Part shown: piece by piece, positions 1 through 11,926 of the stretch
How the letters are laid out: every line of letters begins with the position of its first letter
Position numbering within the stretch: the first letter of the stretch is position 1
NCBI GenBank assembly: GCA_964351405.1
Contig: CAYGOE010000002.1
Coordinates: forward strand, 7,925-71,924
Length of the DNA: 64,000 bases
Direction: 5' to 3'
Source of the DNA: an uncultured Muribaculaceae bacterium
GTDB lineage: Bacteria > Bacteroidota > Bacteroidia > Bacteroidales > UBA932
Made by a program: the position numbers and the translations under genes
Notes under the pieces: model-generated
What the model saw: only the letters and a program-made list of their open reading frames with translations
Databases searched by the model: none
Told to the model about the DNA's origin: nothing

Positions 1-149
1 AGAGTTTTCAATCTTATTTTATCATCGTCAGAGATCTCTCTGTTTTGATTGGCAATATAGAACAGGTATGCCGAAAGAATCAGATAGATGAGCAACATCA
101 GAGATCCTACCCTTAAAAAGATCTCTCCAAAGATAAAAAAGTTATTCAT
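1..149 (-). CDS. Partial membrane protein (N-terminus; runs off the window edge)
   Basis: ATG at 149, open to the edge: MNNFFIFGEIFLRVGSLMLLIYLILSAYLFYIANQNREISDDDKNKIEK; one hydrophobic segment. Confidence 0.55.
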   Translation of the reverse strand, partial: MNNFFIFGEIFLRVGSLMLLIYLILSAYLFYIANQNREISDDDKIRLKT

Positions 150-273
150 AGTGATAGTTTTTGATTTAAGTACCAAATATATTCAAATTCGGCAAATATC
201 CAAAATTTAATCAACTATCAATTAACTATTTATCTAATCTTAGGTTTATTTTCTAAAATAAATAGTGTATTTT

Positions 274-1173
274 CTACCGCTTCATCTCATCAAACCCTTG
301 CCCATACACACCCATCACATTTCCAACGCTTAAGAATGCGTTTCGGTCAATTTCGCGCACAACCTTGTAAACATAGTTGCTCTCGGTGCGCCTCACAATA
401 ACCATAAGCACCTTCCCCTCCTGTTTGGTGTACCAACCCATTGCATTTATCACGGTAACTCCGCGCCCGATGGCTGCGATACGTTCTGCAATCTCTTCGT
501 GTCTTTTTGAGAAGATAAAGATCTGGATAGATTGCCTTGCACCCGAGAGTACAAGGTCAATAGTGTAGCCGGATACCCCAATGAGCACATAGCCGTAAAT
601 CACAACTGCCACCCTGCTCCCCAAAGAGCCATCTGTAGGTATCAACAGCGAGCTGGCAATAATTATTATGTCCATCATCAGGATAAGACGCCCCGGTGAT
701 ATATTCCTGTATTTGTTTATTATAAGGGCTATAATGTCGGTGCCGCCGGAACTGCCCCCCTGGGTAAATGTCAGGGCAATCCCTGCACCTGCACAGGCAC
801 CCCCAATTATAGCAGAGAGCAGTTTGCCGTTACCTATTGCAATATCCTCTATGAGCTCCGGCGGAATCACTCCGGGTAAAAATTTCAGGAAAAGAGATAC
901 CACAGCAACCGCATAAATAGTCTTTATTCCGAATCCTTTCCCTAAGATCTTTATTGCAAGTACCAGAAGTACAGTATTGATTATAAGATAGGAGTAGCTT
1001 ACCGGGAAGCCGCTCATATAAAAGATTATAGCAGACACTCCTGTAACTCCGCCCCCAACAAGCCCGTTGGGAATAAGAAAGACAACCCAACCCAGTGAGT
1101 AGATGAGTAGCCCCAGGGCAATAAGAGAGTACTCTTTTATCCCTGTAAAGATTGTTTTTGATCTGGTCTCCAT
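274..1173 (-). CDS. YitT family membrane protein (DUF161/DUF2179)
   Basis: GGGVTG and GGSSGGTDIIA motifs, multiple TM segments, C-terminal RGVT..GWY..D.NAF..V.GQGF domain. Confidence 0.9.
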   Translation of the reverse strand: METRSKTIFTGIKEYSLIALGLLIYSLGWVVFLIPNGLVGGGVTGVSAIIFYMSGFPVSYSYLIINTVLLVLAIKILGKGFGIKTIYAVAVVSLFLKFLPGVIPPELIEDIAIGNGKLLSAIIGGACAGAGIALTFTQGGSSGGTDIIALIINKYRNISPGRLILMMDIIIIASSLLIPTDGSLGSRVAVVIYGYVLIGVSGYTIDLVLSGARQSIQIFIFSKRHEEIAERIAAIGRGVTVINAMGWYTKQEGKVLMVIVRRTESNYVYKVVREIDRNAFLSVGNVMGVYGQGFDEMKR

Positions 1174-2042
1174 TTTAATTTCCCCCCTTTTATTTGATCA
1201 AACCCTTGCCCATACACGCTTGTAACTGCAGTTACAGACATAAATGCGTTGCGGTCTGTCTCTTTTATTATCTCCGTGATTTGTGGCAGCTGTGTCTTTC
1301 TCAATATTATAACCAGAACCTTACTCTCACTCTTGGAGTACCACCCCATAGATGTGAGAGCAGTTACCCCTCGGTTCATACCGCTGTTTACCCTTTGAGC
1401 TATTTCCTCATATTTGGAGGAGAAGACCATAACCTGCACCGACTGTTTGTTACCCGAGAGAATCATATCTATCACATAGGAGAAGGATACCATCACAATG
1501 TATCCGTAGATAACATCGGATAGCTCCTTTCCCGGGATAAAGAATACCGATCCTACAATTATCAAATCGCAATAGAGAAACACCCTGCCGGGAGATGTCT
1601 CTCTGTACTGCGCAATTATGAGTGCTATTATATCTGTCCCTCCTGTGCTCCCACCCTGCATAAATATCATCCCGATTCCAATACCGCTGAGGGTTCCACC
1701 TATTACGGCATTGATTAGCTTGTCCTCAATATCTGTAACCCAGGGAATGAGGGGCAGGAACTCAAACATAACTGCCGCAACCAAGATGCAGTAGATAGTC
1801 TTTATCCCGAATGCCTTACCCATCATAAGAACCCCAACCAACAGCAGAACTCCGTTAATAAGAATATAGGAGTATGCCACCCTGAAGCCGGTAGCGTAGT
1901 TTATAACCGAAGCCAGTCCGCTCACCCCGCCACCAGCTATCTGTTCCGGTATAAGGAAGGCAGTCCAGCTGAAGACAAATACAAAAAGCCCTATCGTCAT
2001 TATTGTATAGGACTTTATCGTTTTAAATATGAGATTATCCAT
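1137..2042 (-). CDS. YitT family membrane protein (tandem paralogue)
   Basis: GGGVSG, GGSTGGTDIIA, RGVTALTSMGWY; start moved to MDNLIFK (2042) to avoid overlap with the PhzF gene. Confidence 0.88.
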   Translation of the reverse strand: MDNLIFKTIKSYTIMTIGLFVFVFSWTAFLIPEQIAGGGVSGLASVINYATGFRVAYSYILINGVLLLVGVLMMGKAFGIKTIYCILVAAVMFEFLPLIPWVTDIEDKLINAVIGGTLSGIGIGMIFMQGGSTGGTDIIALIIAQYRETSPGRVFLYCDLIIVGSVFFIPGKELSDVIYGYIVMVSFSYVIDMILSGNKQSVQVMVFSSKYEEIAQRVNSGMNRGVTALTSMGWYSKSESKVLVIILRKTQLPQITEIIKETDRNAFMSVTAVTSVYGQGFDQIKGGKLKWRPDQKQSLQG

Positions 2043-2065
2043 TTCTGCAGTATTAATATGCTTTG

Positions 2066-2851
2066 CTAAATATTCAACTGAGAAACCGAGTAGGTAACGG
2101 CACTCCCCTTTATAAAAACCCTGTCCGGGGTAACGGTGCAAAAAATAGTTCCACCTCTGTTGGATATCTGTTTTGCGTAGAGCGAGGTTTTGCCGAGTCT
2201 TTTGCTCCAGTATGGGGCGAGGGTGCAGTGTGCAGATCCTGTAACAGGATCTTCAAATATTGTGGCCTGTGGCGTGAAGTAACGCGACACAAAATCACAA
2301 TCAACTCCCGGTGCAGTGATGATAACACCGCCGGGATTCATATTAATCTCGTCAAATACCGGTCGGTCTATCTCAATATGTTCAATATCTGCCCTCTTAT
2401 TATAGATCAGCATATAGTCCCTAGCTTTGTATACCTCTAATGGCTTTATACTCAAGCTGTCGTAGATTTCAATAGGGAGTGTTGCTCTCTCACCCTCCCT
2501 CTGAGGGAAGTCCATAGAGTACAACTCTCCCTCTCTCTTAACTATTAAATCTCCTGAGAGGGTGTTAAAAACTATCTCATCTCTGTCATACCCAAGCTCA
2601 GAGAAGAGAACGTGGGCAGATGCAAGGGTAGCGTGGCCGCAAAGGTCCATCTCAATATCGGGTGTAAACCACCTTAGGGAGAAGCTATCTCCCTGTGTAA
2701 GAATAAAAGCTGTCTCCGGAACAAAGCTCTCTCTGGCAATTTTCATCAGAGTGTTATCTGTAAGCCTCTCCTCGAGAATAACCACAACAGCCGGGTTTCC
2801 GGTAAAGACGCCCTCTGCAAATGCGTCAACCTGAAATGATTTTAGTTTCAT
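2066..2851 (-). CDS. PhzF family isomerase/epimerase
   Basis: QVDAF..GNPAVV, ETAF, RWFTP..E.DLCGHATLA, EDPVTGSA motifs. Confidence 0.92.
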   Translation of the reverse strand: MKLKSFQVDAFAEGVFTGNPAVVVILEERLTDNTLMKIARESFVPETAFILTQGDSFSLRWFTPDIEMDLCGHATLASAHVLFSELGYDRDEIVFNTLSGDLIVKREGELYSMDFPQREGERATLPIEIYDSLSIKPLEVYKARDYMLIYNKRADIEHIEIDRPVFDEINMNPGGVIITAPGVDCDFVSRYFTPQATIFEDPVTGSAHCTLAPYWSKRLGKTSLYAKQISNRGGTIFCTVTPDRVFIKGSAVTYSVSQLNI

Positions 2852-5613
2852 CAGAAAACTATGTTTATAATCTTTTTATGAACTACTATTACCTTTTTTA
2901 CAGAACCTCCCGATAGATACCGGGCTGTGTTTTCATCCTCTCTAACCGCTTTTTCAATCTCTGCAACAGTAAGTATGTTTGGTAGAGCCAGCTTAAACCT
3001 CATTTTACCGTTAAACGAAACCGGATACTCAAAAGCATCCTCTATTGTATATGAATCAACATATTCCGGAAATGTTGCAGATGCAATACTGCCGCTGTTT
3101 CCCAGGCGACTCCAAAGCTCCTCAGTGATGTGCGGGGCAAATGGCGATAAGAGAATGAGCATAGGCTCCAGAATCTCTCTCTTATTACAGTTGAGCTCCA
3201 TAAGCTCATTGATGGCAATCATAAATGCACTCACACTGGTGTTGAAGGAGAAGTTCTCTATATCCTCCTGCACCTTTTTTATTAACCTGTGCAGTACCTT
3301 TAGCTCTGCAGCAGAGGCACCCTCGTTAGAGACTCCAAACTCCCTCGAGACGAAGAACAATCTCCAGAATCTTTTCAGGAACCTGTGCACTCCGTCAATT
3401 CCGTTTGTATCCCACGGCTTGGATTGCTCCAGCGGACCCAGGAACATCTCGTACATCCTTAGAGTGTCTGCACCATAGTTATCACAGATAATATCCGGAT
3501 TAACCACATTAAACATAGATTTGCTCATCTTCTCGACAGCCCATCCACAAATATACTCCCCATTTTCAAGGATAAACTCTGCGTTGGCATAGTCCGGCAT
3601 CCATTGCTTGAAAGCATCGATATTAAGTTTGTCGTTATGGACAATATTTACATCTACGTGAAGTTCGGTTGTATCGTAGTTATCCTTTAGCCCCAGTGAT
3701 ACAAATTTATTTGTCCCCTTAACTCTGTAAACAAAGTTTGAGCGACCCTGTATCATACCTTGGTTTATAAGCTTTTTAAATGGTTCCTCTTCGCATACAT
3801 AACCCAGATCAAAGAGGAACTTGTTCCAGAAACGGGAGTAGATAAGGTGCCCCGTTGCGTGCTCTGTGCCTCCGATATAGAGATCTACATCTCTCCAGTA
3901 ACTGTTGCTCTCTTTTGAGACTAGTGCTGTGTCGTTGTTTGGGTCCATATACCTGAGATAGTAGGCACTGCTCCCTGCAAAACCGGGCATTGTGCTCTTC
4001 TCCAGAGGATAACCATTATAGTTCCAATTTGTTGCTCTTGCAAGTGGTGGCTCTCCGCTCTCGGTAGGCAGATACTTATCAACCTCGGGAAGCTCCAGTG
4101 GAAGATCATTAAAATCTACCGGAAAGGCCTCATCATCTTTGTAGAAAATCGGGAATGGTTCTCCCCAATATCTCTGACGGGAGAAGATTGCATCCCTGAG
4201 ACGGAAGTTAACCTTTCTCTTTCCAAGATCCCTCTTCTCAACCTCCTCTATTGCAGCAGGAATTGCCTCCTTAACTGTAAGACCGTTGAGGAATCCGGAG
4301 TTGCACATCATACCCTCCTTGGCATCAAAGCTCTCTTGTGAGATATCGCAGCCCTCAATAAGTGGAATAATTGGCAGGTTAAAGTGCTTTGCAAAAAGGT
4401 AGTCTCTACTGTCGTGTGCAGGAACCGCCATTATTGCACCTGTCCCATATCCTGATAGAACATAGTCTGCAATCCAAACCGGAATCTGTTCATTTGTAAA
4501 TGGATTGGTTGCGTAGCTGCCGCAGAATACACCGGTCACCTTTTTTGTCTCTGCCATTCTCTCTCTTTCGGTTTTGCGTTTTGTTGCAGCGAGATACTCC
4601 TGTACAGCCTCCTTGCAATCCTTTGTAGTGAGCTGTTCTACCCACTCGCTTTCGGGGGCCATCACCATAAAAGTTGCTCCAAAAACGGTATCTGCCCTTG
4701 TTGTAAATATCTCCAGATCGTACTCCTGTTCACCGTTTGATACTTTAAAAATCATCTCGGCCCCTTGTGAGCGCCCTATCCAGTTTCGCTGCATCTCCTT
4801 TAGAGAGTCTGTCCACTCAACTCTATCCAGGTCGCTTAGTAATCTTTGGGCATAGGCTGATACTCTCAGCTGCCACTGCCTCATCTTTCTCTGCTCTACG
4901 GAGTGCCCCCCTCTAAGTGAGAGCCCCTCTTTAACCTCGTCGTTGGCAAGGACAGTACCCAGTGCTGGACACCAGTTAACAGAGGTCTCTCCCAGATAGG
5001 CAATACGATAGTTCATCAAAATGGTGCTCTTTTGCTTATCTGTAAATGAACTCCAGCTCTCTGCCGTGAAGATCTCAACCTCCGAGTGAGCTGCATCTAC
5101 GTTGCTGTTACCCTCTTTCTCGAAAATCTTTATAAGAGTCTCTATCTTCTCTGCCTTATGAGTGGATCTGTTATACCAGTGGCCGAACATCTCCAGAAAA
5201 GCCCACTGTGTCCATTTATAATATTTTGGATCTGAGGTCCTCACCTCACGGGACCAGTCGTATGAAAAACCAATCCTATCCAGCTGTTTGCGATATCTTT
5301 CTATGTTTTTTTCTGTAGTTGCTGCCGGGTGCTGCCCTGTTTGAATAGCATACTGCTCTGCAGGGAGCCCGAAAGCGTCATAACCCATAGGGTGCAGAAC
5401 GTTAAACCCTTTTAATCTTTTATAGCGACTGAATATATCACTGGCTATATAACCCAGCGGATGCCCTACATGAAGTCCTGCTCCGGATGGATAGGGGAAC
5501 ATATCCAGAACATAGTATTTGGGCTTTGAATTGTCTGTGTCTACTTTAAAGGTCTTGTTTTTTGACCAGTACTCCTGCCAATGTCTCTCAATCTCAAGAA
5601 AATTATACTCCAT
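2851..5613 (-). CDS. leuS: Leucine--tRNA ligase
   Basis: [14 protein letters not shown] (HIGH), KMSKS, editing domain [12 protein letters not shown]. Confidence 0.98.
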   Translation of the reverse strand: MEYNFLEIERHWQEYWSKNKTFKVDTDNSKPKYYVLDMFPYPSGAGLHVGHPLGYIASDIFSRYKRLKGFNVLHPMGYDAFGLPAEQYAIQTGQHPAATTEKNIERYRKQLDRIGFSYDWSREVRTSDPKYYKWTQWAFLEMFGHWYNRSTHKAEKIETLIKIFEKEGNSNVDAAHSEVEIFTAESWSSFTDKQKSTILMNYRIAYLGETSVNWCPALGTVLANDEVKEGLSLRGGHSVEQRKMRQWQLRVSAYAQRLLSDLDRVEWTDSLKEMQRNWIGRSQGAEMIFKVSNGEQEYDLEIFTTRADTVFGATFMVMAPESEWVEQLTTKDCKEAVQEYLAATKRKTERERMAETKKVTGVFCGSYATNPFTNEQIPVWIADYVLSGYGTGAIMAVPAHDSRDYLFAKHFNLPIIPLIEGCDISQESFDAKEGMMCNSGFLNGLTVKEAIPAAIEEVEKRDLGKRKVNFRLRDAIFSRQRYWGEPFPIFYKDDEAFPVDFNDLPLELPEVDKYLPTESGEPPLARATNWNYNGYPLEKSTMPGFAGSSAYYLRYMDPNNDTALVSKESNSYWRDVDLYIGGTEHATGHLIYSRFWNKFLFDLGYVCEEEPFKKLINQGMIQGRSNFVYRVKGTNKFVSLGLKDNYDTTELHVDVNIVHNDKLNIDAFKQWMPDYANAEFILENGEYICGWAVEKMSKSMFNVVNPDIICDNYGADTLRMYEMFLGPLEQSKPWDTNGIDGVHRFLKRFWRLFFVSREFGVSNEGASAAELKVLHRLIKKVQEDIENFSFNTSVSAFMIAINELMELNCNKREILEPMLILLSPFAPHITEELWSRLGNSGSIASATFPEYVDSYTIEDAFEYPVSFNGKMRFKLALPNILTVAEIEKAVREDENTARYLSGGSVKKVIVVHKKIINIVF

Positions 5614-5653
5614 TTTACTACTTTTAAAACAGCTGCAAAAGTAATAAAAAATG

Positions 5654-6955
5654 CTATCTCTTTAGCTTGAATTCTACAGGTATGGATATTTTAACTCTCA
5701 CAGGGTTTCCGGCAACTGAAGCTGCTCTCCATTTCGGAGATGCCTTTATTACACGAATTGCCTCTGCATCCAGCAGTTCATCAACAGACTTGGTCACTCT
5801 AACATTTGTAACCTCTCCATCTTTCTCAACAATAAATTCAGCTATTACCCTTCCCTGAACTCCCTGCTCGACAGCTGCCGGTGGGTACCTAAGGTAGTGG
5901 TGTACCCATTTGTGCAAAAATTTTCTCTCGTCAGACTTCTGGAAGGTTGCTCTTGTATCTACTTCGTTCTGAGAGTAGATCCTCTCTGCAGAACCTTCAG
6001 TTAATGATTCTGTTGTAAGCGCTGTTCTCTCAAGCATATTGTCTCTGTTAGCCACTGTCTTAATCAGGTTAAGGGCATACTGGGAGATATCCTCCATCGT
6101 ACGAAGGTTGAGTTTATCGGGAGTATCCTTTGGTGTGTGATAGTCGCTGTGCAGGGAGGTGGTAAATAGCACGACCGGAATTCCCAGTGTTGCAAAAATA
6201 CGGTGATCACTCGGGAAGTAGTCTGTGGTATGTATCTGTGGAGTAATCATTACCGGCATATCGGATACATCCTTTAGAAGAGTTACCAGCTGGGTGTTTG
6301 GCAAAACAGTATATAGTTTAAGATCGCTCCCCTGTGAGGCTCTCCCTACCATATCCAAATTCACCATTAGTGAGATGTTGTTTACCGGAGCAAACGCTCT
6401 GTTGGCAAAGTACCACGAACCTATCATACCCCGCTCCTCTGCTCCAAATGCAACAAAAAGCAGAGATCTTCTAAAGTTGAACGACTGTGCTTTTGCCAAT
6501 CTTGCAACTTCCATCATCACAGCTACCCCGGAGGCGTTATCGTCTGCTCCGCGATATATCTGCACCGTGTCTCTCCCCTTAAAGAACATATTGTTGTAAC
6601 CCAGATGGTCATAATGGGCTCCCACAACAATATACTGATCTTTGAGCTTAGAGTCCCACCCCTCAATTATTCCCACAATATTCTGGGATCTTAGGGTGTC
6701 ATTTCCATCCATTACCAAATAGAAATCCTGGCCCGGAGATGGATAGAGCAGAGTTATACCACTCTTGTCGAACAGACTCTCAATGTATCTGGCTGCCTTT
6801 TGCTCCCAGAGGCTTCCCGAGCCTCTTCCCATAAGAGAGTCTGCAGATAGAACTGCCACATCTCTCCTCATTCTATCTATTGCCTCTGTCTGAGAGAAAA
6901 GCCCTGCTACACATATCGTGAGCAGAGCTATTGTAAGTAAAAATCTTTTAATCAT
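5654..6955 (-). CDS. Secreted M28 metallopeptidase fused to a C-terminal TonB_C domain
   Basis: Signal peptide; [33 protein letters not shown]; C-terminal [16 protein letters not shown]...LDAEA.RV. Confidence 0.85.
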   Translation of the reverse strand: MIKRFLLTIALLTICVAGLFSQTEAIDRMRRDVAVLSADSLMGRGSGSLWEQKAARYIESLFDKSGITLLYPSPGQDFYLVMDGNDTLRSQNIVGIIEGWDSKLKDQYIVVGAHYDHLGYNNMFFKGRDTVQIYRGADDNASGVAVMMEVARLAKAQSFNFRRSLLFVAFGAEERGMIGSWYFANRAFAPVNNISLMVNLDMVGRASQGSDLKLYTVLPNTQLVTLLKDVSDMPVMITPQIHTTDYFPSDHRIFATLGIPVVLFTTSLHSDYHTPKDTPDKLNLRTMEDISQYALNLIKTVANRDNMLERTALTTESLTEGSAERIYSQNEVDTRATFQKSDERKFLHKWVHHYLRYPPAAVEQGVQGRVIAEFIVEKDGEVTNVRVTKSVDELLDAEAIRVIKASPKWRAASVAGNPVRVKISIPVEFKLKR

Positions 6956-7332
6956 ATCTGTTTTTTGGGTGGCAAAACCTCGAGCCAGTAGCCGTCCGGG
7001 TCGTTTATGAAATATATCCCCATTTTGCTGTTTTCATAACAGATACAGCCCATCTGCAGATGCTTCTCGTGCGCCTGTTCAAAACTATCTGTCCTGAATG
7101 CAAGGTGAAACTCATTATCTCCAAGATTGTAGACTCTATCCCAATCTCTGAGCCAAGTAAGCTCCAGCTGGTGTTGTGACTCTCCATCTCCCAGATAGAC
7201 TATAATAAAAGAACCATCTTCGGGGGAAATTCTTCTAACCTCCTCAAGCCCCAGAGCCTCTTTGTAGAATGCTAGGCTCTTATCTAGATCCTTAACGTTA
7301 ATATTGTTGTGAACAAATCTGAATTTTGCCAT
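6952..7332 (-). CDS. VOC family protein / lactoylglutathione lyase
   Basis: HNNINV.DLDKSLAFY, LELT, HLAF, FINDPDGYWLE. Confidence 0.88.
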   Translation of the reverse strand: MAKFRFVHNNINVKDLDKSLAFYKEALGLEEVRRISPEDGSFIIVYLGDGESQHQLELTWLRDWDRVYNLGDNEFHLAFRTDSFEQAHEKHLQMGCICYENSKMGIYFINDPDGYWLEVLPPKKQI

Positions 7333-7344
7333 AAATCCTTCTTT

Positions 7345-7677
7345 TTATCTTATAAAGTGTGGCATCTGTTGAGGAATCTCAACGGAGAACTCAACCAACC
7401 CACAGATCTCTCCATTTTTATGCCAAGGTGTCTGATGAATCAGTTTTTTTACTCCATTTTTTTCAATTGTGTAGGAGTTAGAGCTTCCGCTCTTAAGCAT
7501 CTCCTCTATCATCTTCCACGATCTCTCTCCGTGACAATCTTTGAGGCTCTTGCCGATAAGATCTCCGTAAGAGTCAAATGTCTTTTTCGCCTTTAGGTTT
7601 TGATATAGGACAAACCCCTCACTGTCGCAAACAGTAACGGCACAAGAGAGCTCTGCCGCCCATTCAAAATTATCCAT
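7345..7677 (-). CDS. Stand-alone PAS domain protein
   Basis: AVTVCDSEG.VLYQN...LIGKSLKDCH...P....GEICGLVEFS PAS-like pattern. Confidence 0.75.
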   Translation of the reverse strand: MDNFEWAAELSCAVTVCDSEGFVLYQNLKAKKTFDSYGDLIGKSLKDCHGERSWKMIEEMLKSGSSNSYTIEKNGVKKLIHQTPWHKNGEICGLVEFSVEIPQQMPHFIR

Positions 7678-7685
7678 AACAGATA

Positions 7686-8792
7686 TTAAACTTTATAAAA
7701 CGGCACTTTTACCACAACTGCCTTTAGTAGCTTCTCTCTGATTTTGATGAATATCTCAGAGCCAACTTTTGAGAACTCGAGTGCAACGTATGCCATTCCA
7801 ATAGCTTTTTTGATTGCCGGACCCATCGTTCCCGAAGTTACAATCCCTATCTCACCCCCTTTTGAGTCGCAAATAGGGTAACCGTGTCTAGGAATTCCTC
7901 TCTCAATAAGCTCAAAACCAACCAGTCTCCTGGTGACTCCCTCATTTTTTTGCTTAAGAAGAAGACCCTTGTCTATAAAATCTCCCTTTGCTTCGCTGAA
8001 TTTGGTTATCCAACCCAGACCAGCCTCTATAGGGGAGGTAGTGTCATCTATATCATTTCCATAAAGACAGAAGCCCATCTCCAGACGAAGTGTATCCCTT
8101 GCTCCAAGGCCTATTGGCTTAATATCAAACTCTTTCCCGGCCTCAAAAACCGCATCCCATAATTTGTCGGCATCTTTGTTTGCAACATATATCTCGCATC
8201 CACCCGAACCTGTATAGCCTGTGGTAGAGAATATTGCATCCTTTATACCTGCAATAGTAAGCTTCTTAAATGTATAGTACTCCATATCCTCTACACTGGA
8301 GTCGCATATTTTTTGCATAGCTTTAAGCGCCAGGGGTCCCTGAACTGCAAGTTGACAAATCTCGTCCGATGCATTGTAGAGCTCTTTTCCCGGAGTGATG
8401 TTAAATTTTGGAGCTACCCTGCAGAGATGGTCGTAATCTTTCTCTACATTGGAGGCATTGACCACAAGCAGGTAGGTTAGACTATCAATACAATACACCA
8501 ACAGATCATCTACAACTCCACCCTTCCCGTTTGGAAAGCAAGAGTACTGAACCTTCCCCGGAGTGAGTACCGAAACATCATTGGAGGTTGAGTACTGTAA
8601 AAAAGCAAGAGCGTTAAGCCCCTTTACCCAAATCTCTCCCATATGGGAGACATCAAATACTCCAACCTTCTCTCTTACGTGATTGTGCTCTTCGCTAATT
8701 CCAAAATACTCTACAGGCATATTGTAACCTGCAAAGGGAACCATTTTTGCCCCCAGCTTGATGTGCTTATCGGTGAATGCTGTTGTCTTCAT
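7686..8792 (-). CDS. gcvT: Glycine cleavage system aminomethyltransferase T
   Basis: [40 protein letters not shown]. Confidence 0.97.
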   Translation of the reverse strand: MKTTAFTDKHIKLGAKMVPFAGYNMPVEYFGISEEHNHVREKVGVFDVSHMGEIWVKGLNALAFLQYSTSNDVSVLTPGKVQYSCFPNGKGGVVDDLLVYCIDSLTYLLVVNASNVEKDYDHLCRVAPKFNITPGKELYNASDEICQLAVQGPLALKAMQKICDSSVEDMEYYTFKKLTIAGIKDAIFSTTGYTGSGGCEIYVANKDADKLWDAVFEAGKEFDIKPIGLGARDTLRLEMGFCLYGNDIDDTTSPIEAGLGWITKFSEAKGDFIDKGLLLKQKNEGVTRRLVGFELIERGIPRHGYPICDSKGGEIGIVTSGTMGPAIKKAIGMAYVALEFSKVGSEIFIKIREKLLKAVVVKVPFYKV

Positions 8793-8815
8793 TATTATAT
8801 TTTAATATCCATTAA

Positions 8816-9406
8816 TTAGTTATGCATATTTTGCCAAACATCATAAACCCAGATATCGTCCGGTCCAAAGCTCATGTCACGTAGCCTATACATCTCGTTA
8901 AAAGCCTCACCCAAAGTGTTGTAGGAGGCAGTTGAGACTACTCGGAAGCCATTTTTAAAATCCATAATTGTTGGAGTAAACCCTTTGCTCTTTAAATACT
9001 CCTCCATTTTTGCAGAGTTAGAATGATCCTTAAAGCTTCCAATGATTACAAAGTACCTATTGGTTAGTCTTGTCTTAGCAGGAGTAGATACTGCTGTTTG
9101 CTCCGGTTGGCTATTTTGTTGAGGTTGGTTAGTTGCCGCAACATTGCTCTCTTTTTTCTGTTCATTAAAAGCAGAGGTGTCCGTGATCATCATTTTTTTA
9201 CCCTCTGTTGTACTAATCTCACCGACGTTTCCGCTTATAGCGATAGAGTCGTTCATCAACCTCACAGAGTCGTCATATTGCCTCTCCTTTTTCATATTAG
9301 CAATATCTTCCGAAGTTGCCATACCTAGCTGTACTCTTATCCAGTCACACCCTGTAACTACCATAATTGCAGTCATCAGGATTAAAAAAAAATTCAGCGT
9401 TCTCAT
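8816..9406 (-). CDS. SPOR domain lipoprotein
   Basis: Lipobox VTGC; low-complexity linker; C-terminal YFVIIGSFK...NS..M SPOR pattern. Confidence 0.75.
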   Translation of the reverse strand: MRTLNFFLILMTAIMVVTGCDWIRVQLGMATSEDIANMKKERQYDDSVRLMNDSIAISGNVGEISTTEGKKMMITDTSAFNEQKKESNVAATNQPQQNSQPEQTAVSTPAKTRLTNRYFVIIGSFKDHSNSAKMEEYLKSKGFTPTIMDFKNGFRVVSTASYNTLGEAFNEMYRLRDMSFGPDDIWVYDVWQNMHN

Positions 9407-9512
9407 AATTGATTAGTGTTAAGGATTTTTCTCTATATACAAATGTAACATATTTAGCTAAAAGAGAAAAATAAATGTATATTTGAATTTAGAAGGATTA
9501 TTTAATAGAGAT

Positions 9513-10847
9513 ATGTCTTGGATTAAAGAGCAGTTTTATGCCATTGTAAACATCTCAGATCACGTAGATATCGAGAGTACTACAGAAAATATTAAAAAAA
9601 GTATTGTCTTTCGAGGGATCAATGTATGGATTCTCGCTTTCGCCGTAATAGTAGCTTCGGTAGGGCTAAATGTAAACTCAATCCCTGTTATAATCGGGGC
9701 AATGCTCATCTCTCCATTGATGGGCCCGATAATGGGGACAGGACTGGCTGTGGGGATAAACGATACACAACTCCTGAAGCGCTCACTCAAGAATTTTGCG
9801 GTTATGGTTATAATAAGTGTAGCCGCATCTACAACCTACTTTCTGATCTCACCTCTGGCACTTGCCGAACCTACCGAGCTCCTTGCTCGCACAAGGCCAA
9901 CAATCTACGATGTATTCATTGCGTTTTTCGGGGGAATGGCAGGAATAATAGAGAGTGCCCGCAAAGAAAAAGGGACCGTTTTTGCAGGTGTTGCCATAGC
10001 GACTGCACTTATGCCGCCATTATGTACCGCGGGTTATGGTATTGCAAATGGGAGTTTCTCCTTTTTTGGTGGGGCGATGTATCTATTTATAATAAATTCA
10101 CTCTTTATTGCTCTATCTACATTTTTTATAATAAGGTATTTAAAGTTTCCGCTTGTCCATTTTGCAGACCCTGCCAAAGAGAGAAGAGTGAGGCGATCTA
10201 TCAGCCTCTTTGCTCTGGTAATCATTATACCAAGTATATACAGTGGGTTTGTGGTTATACGTGAGAACAACTTTAATCAATCTGTAAAAAAGTTTATTTC
10301 TGAGAATAAAAATCTTGAAAACGGATATATCTACGATCATAAAATTGACCATTCAAAAAAAATCTCAACCCTGGAGTTCTCTATTGCCGGAGAGAGGTTA
10401 AGTGAAGCAAGAAAGGAGATTGTGTTTGAGAATCTTGAAAAATACGGTATCACAAGAAATCAGGTGGTAATTAAGGAGAGCACCGTCTTCAATGGCAAAT
10501 CTTCTGACGAAGCTGTACTAAAGAGCATTTTTGAAAGAAGCGATAAAGAGGTTGCGCAAAGAGAGGAGATAATCAAAACACTAAGCTCCCGTTTGGACTC
10601 AATAAAAAGTTTAGAGATTCCATACAAGCAGATTACAAAAGAGATTATGGCACAGCATCCTGGAGTAGTTACGATCTCCCTTGCTCGAGGCACCGAAATT
10701 TCCACATCTCCATATGCTGCAAATAATCAAATAGTTGCCGTAGTAAAATGGTCCGAACCACTCAAAGATACCGAGCTGCAAAAATTACAGGAGTGGCTCT
10801 CGGTGAGGCTAAACACGGCTAATATTAGAATCGTACAATCCAAATGA
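9513..10847 (+). CDS. DUF389/TIGR00341 family membrane protein
   Basis: ASVGLNVNS..VIIGAMLISPLMGPI and GVAIATALMPPLCTAG motifs; start may be TTG 9483. Confidence 0.88.
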   Translation: MSWIKEQFYAIVNISDHVDIESTTENIKKSIVFRGINVWILAFAVIVASVGLNVNSIPVIIGAMLISPLMGPIMGTGLAVGINDTQLLKRSLKNFAVMVIISVAASTTYFLISPLALAEPTELLARTRPTIYDVFIAFFGGMAGIIESARKEKGTVFAGVAIATALMPPLCTAGYGIANGSFSFFGGAMYLFIINSLFIALSTFFIIRYLKFPLVHFADPAKERRVRRSISLFALVIIIPSIYSGFVVIRENNFNQSVKKFISENKNLENGYIYDHKIDHSKKISTLEFSIAGERLSEARKEIVFENLEKYGITRNQVVIKESTVFNGKSSDEAVLKSIFERSDKEVAQREEIIKTLSSRLDSIKSLEIPYKQITKEIMAQHPGVVTISLARGTEISTSPYAANNQIVAVVKWSEPLKDTELQKLQEWLSVRLNTANIRIVQSK

Positions 10848-11926
10848 TAAAAGCACTCATCCTCTTTATCCTTTTTTCCGGAACTATGTCCGCACAACGA
10901 GCCGACACCCTAAGGATGCTCTTTCTGGGAGATATAATGCAACATAAAGAACAACTGGAAGCTGCCTTCAACCAGACGAGTACCCCCGGCAAGAAGAGCC
11001 CAGGCGAGCCCGCATCATATAACTACTCCTCATATTTCTCTCACCTCAAAAGCTACTTTGAGAAGGCACATATAGTGGGAGCAAATATGGAGACAACCTT
11101 TGCTCCGCCTCCGTTCGCCGGTTATCCTGCATTTCGCTCACCAAGCTCACTAGCTGCCGAATGCGTAAAGAGCGGAATAAATCTGATGTTCGCTGCAAAT
11201 AACCACTCTGCAGACGCAGGATCGGCAGGTTTAAGGGGGTCAATTGAAACCTATGAGAAGCTTGGAGTACCATATACCGGAATATACCGTTCCGGCGATG
11301 AAGAAGAGCTTTTAAATCCACTGATAATTGAAAAACAGGGGTTTAAAATTGCCTTCCTTAATTACACCTACGGAACCAACGGAATCCGAACACCGCTTCC
11401 ATTTATTATTAAAAGGCTTACAAATGAGCAAGTTGAGAAAGATTTAGCTTTGGCTAAAAGTAAATCTGTCGACCTGATTTGTGCCGCAGTTCACTGGGGT
11501 GAAGAGTATGTTACAGAGCCGGGTGAATATCAGCTAAAGTGGGAGAGAGAGCTCTTCTCAAAAGGGGTGGATATAATTATAGGTTCTCACCCGCACGTAC
11601 CACAGGATGTAGCAGTTTACAGAGATTCTGCCGGGAAAATATCTAAGATTACTGCCTACTCTCTGGGGAATGCGATATCCAATATGACAGCAAAAAATAC
11701 CAGAATAGGAGTGATGCTGGAGATTGCAGTTACCCGGGACAGCACAGGAAAGAGGGAGATTTGCGAACCGCAAAAACATCTTATTTGGACAGTAAGACCA
11801 ACTTTAAAGGGAGAGAACTACTCAATTCTTCCCATCAAAGATTATCTTAAGAACAGCCAAACAAAAGGCAAATTAAGAGAGCACGACTTAATTCTTAATT
11901 ATTATAAACAATTCTATAAGGAATGA
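10844..11926 (+). CDS. CapA (PGA_cap) family metallophosphoesterase-fold protein
   Basis: GDIMQH, ANNH..D, HWG.EY, IIGSHPHV, YSLGN. Confidence 0.9.
   Translation: MIKALILFILFSGTMSAQRADTLRMLFLGDIMQHKEQLEAAFNQTSTPGKKSPGEPASYNYSSYFSHLKSYFEKAHIVGANMETTFAPPPFAGYPAFRSPSSLAAECVKSGINLMFAANNHSADAGSAGLRGSIETYEKLGVPYTGIYRSGDEEELLNPLIIEKQGFKIAFLNYTYGTNGIRTPLPFIIKRLTNEQVEKDLALAKSKSVDLICAAVHWGEEYVTEPGEYQLKWERELFSKGVDIIIGSHPHVPQDVAVYRDSAGKISKITAYSLGNAISNMTAKNTRIGVMLEIAVTRDSTGKREICEPQKHLIWTVRPTLKGENYSILPIKDYLKNSQTKGKLREHDLILNYYKQFYKE

Noticed and set aside
8793-8815. Glycine riboswitch before gcvT
   Set aside because: The intergenic space is only 23 nt.
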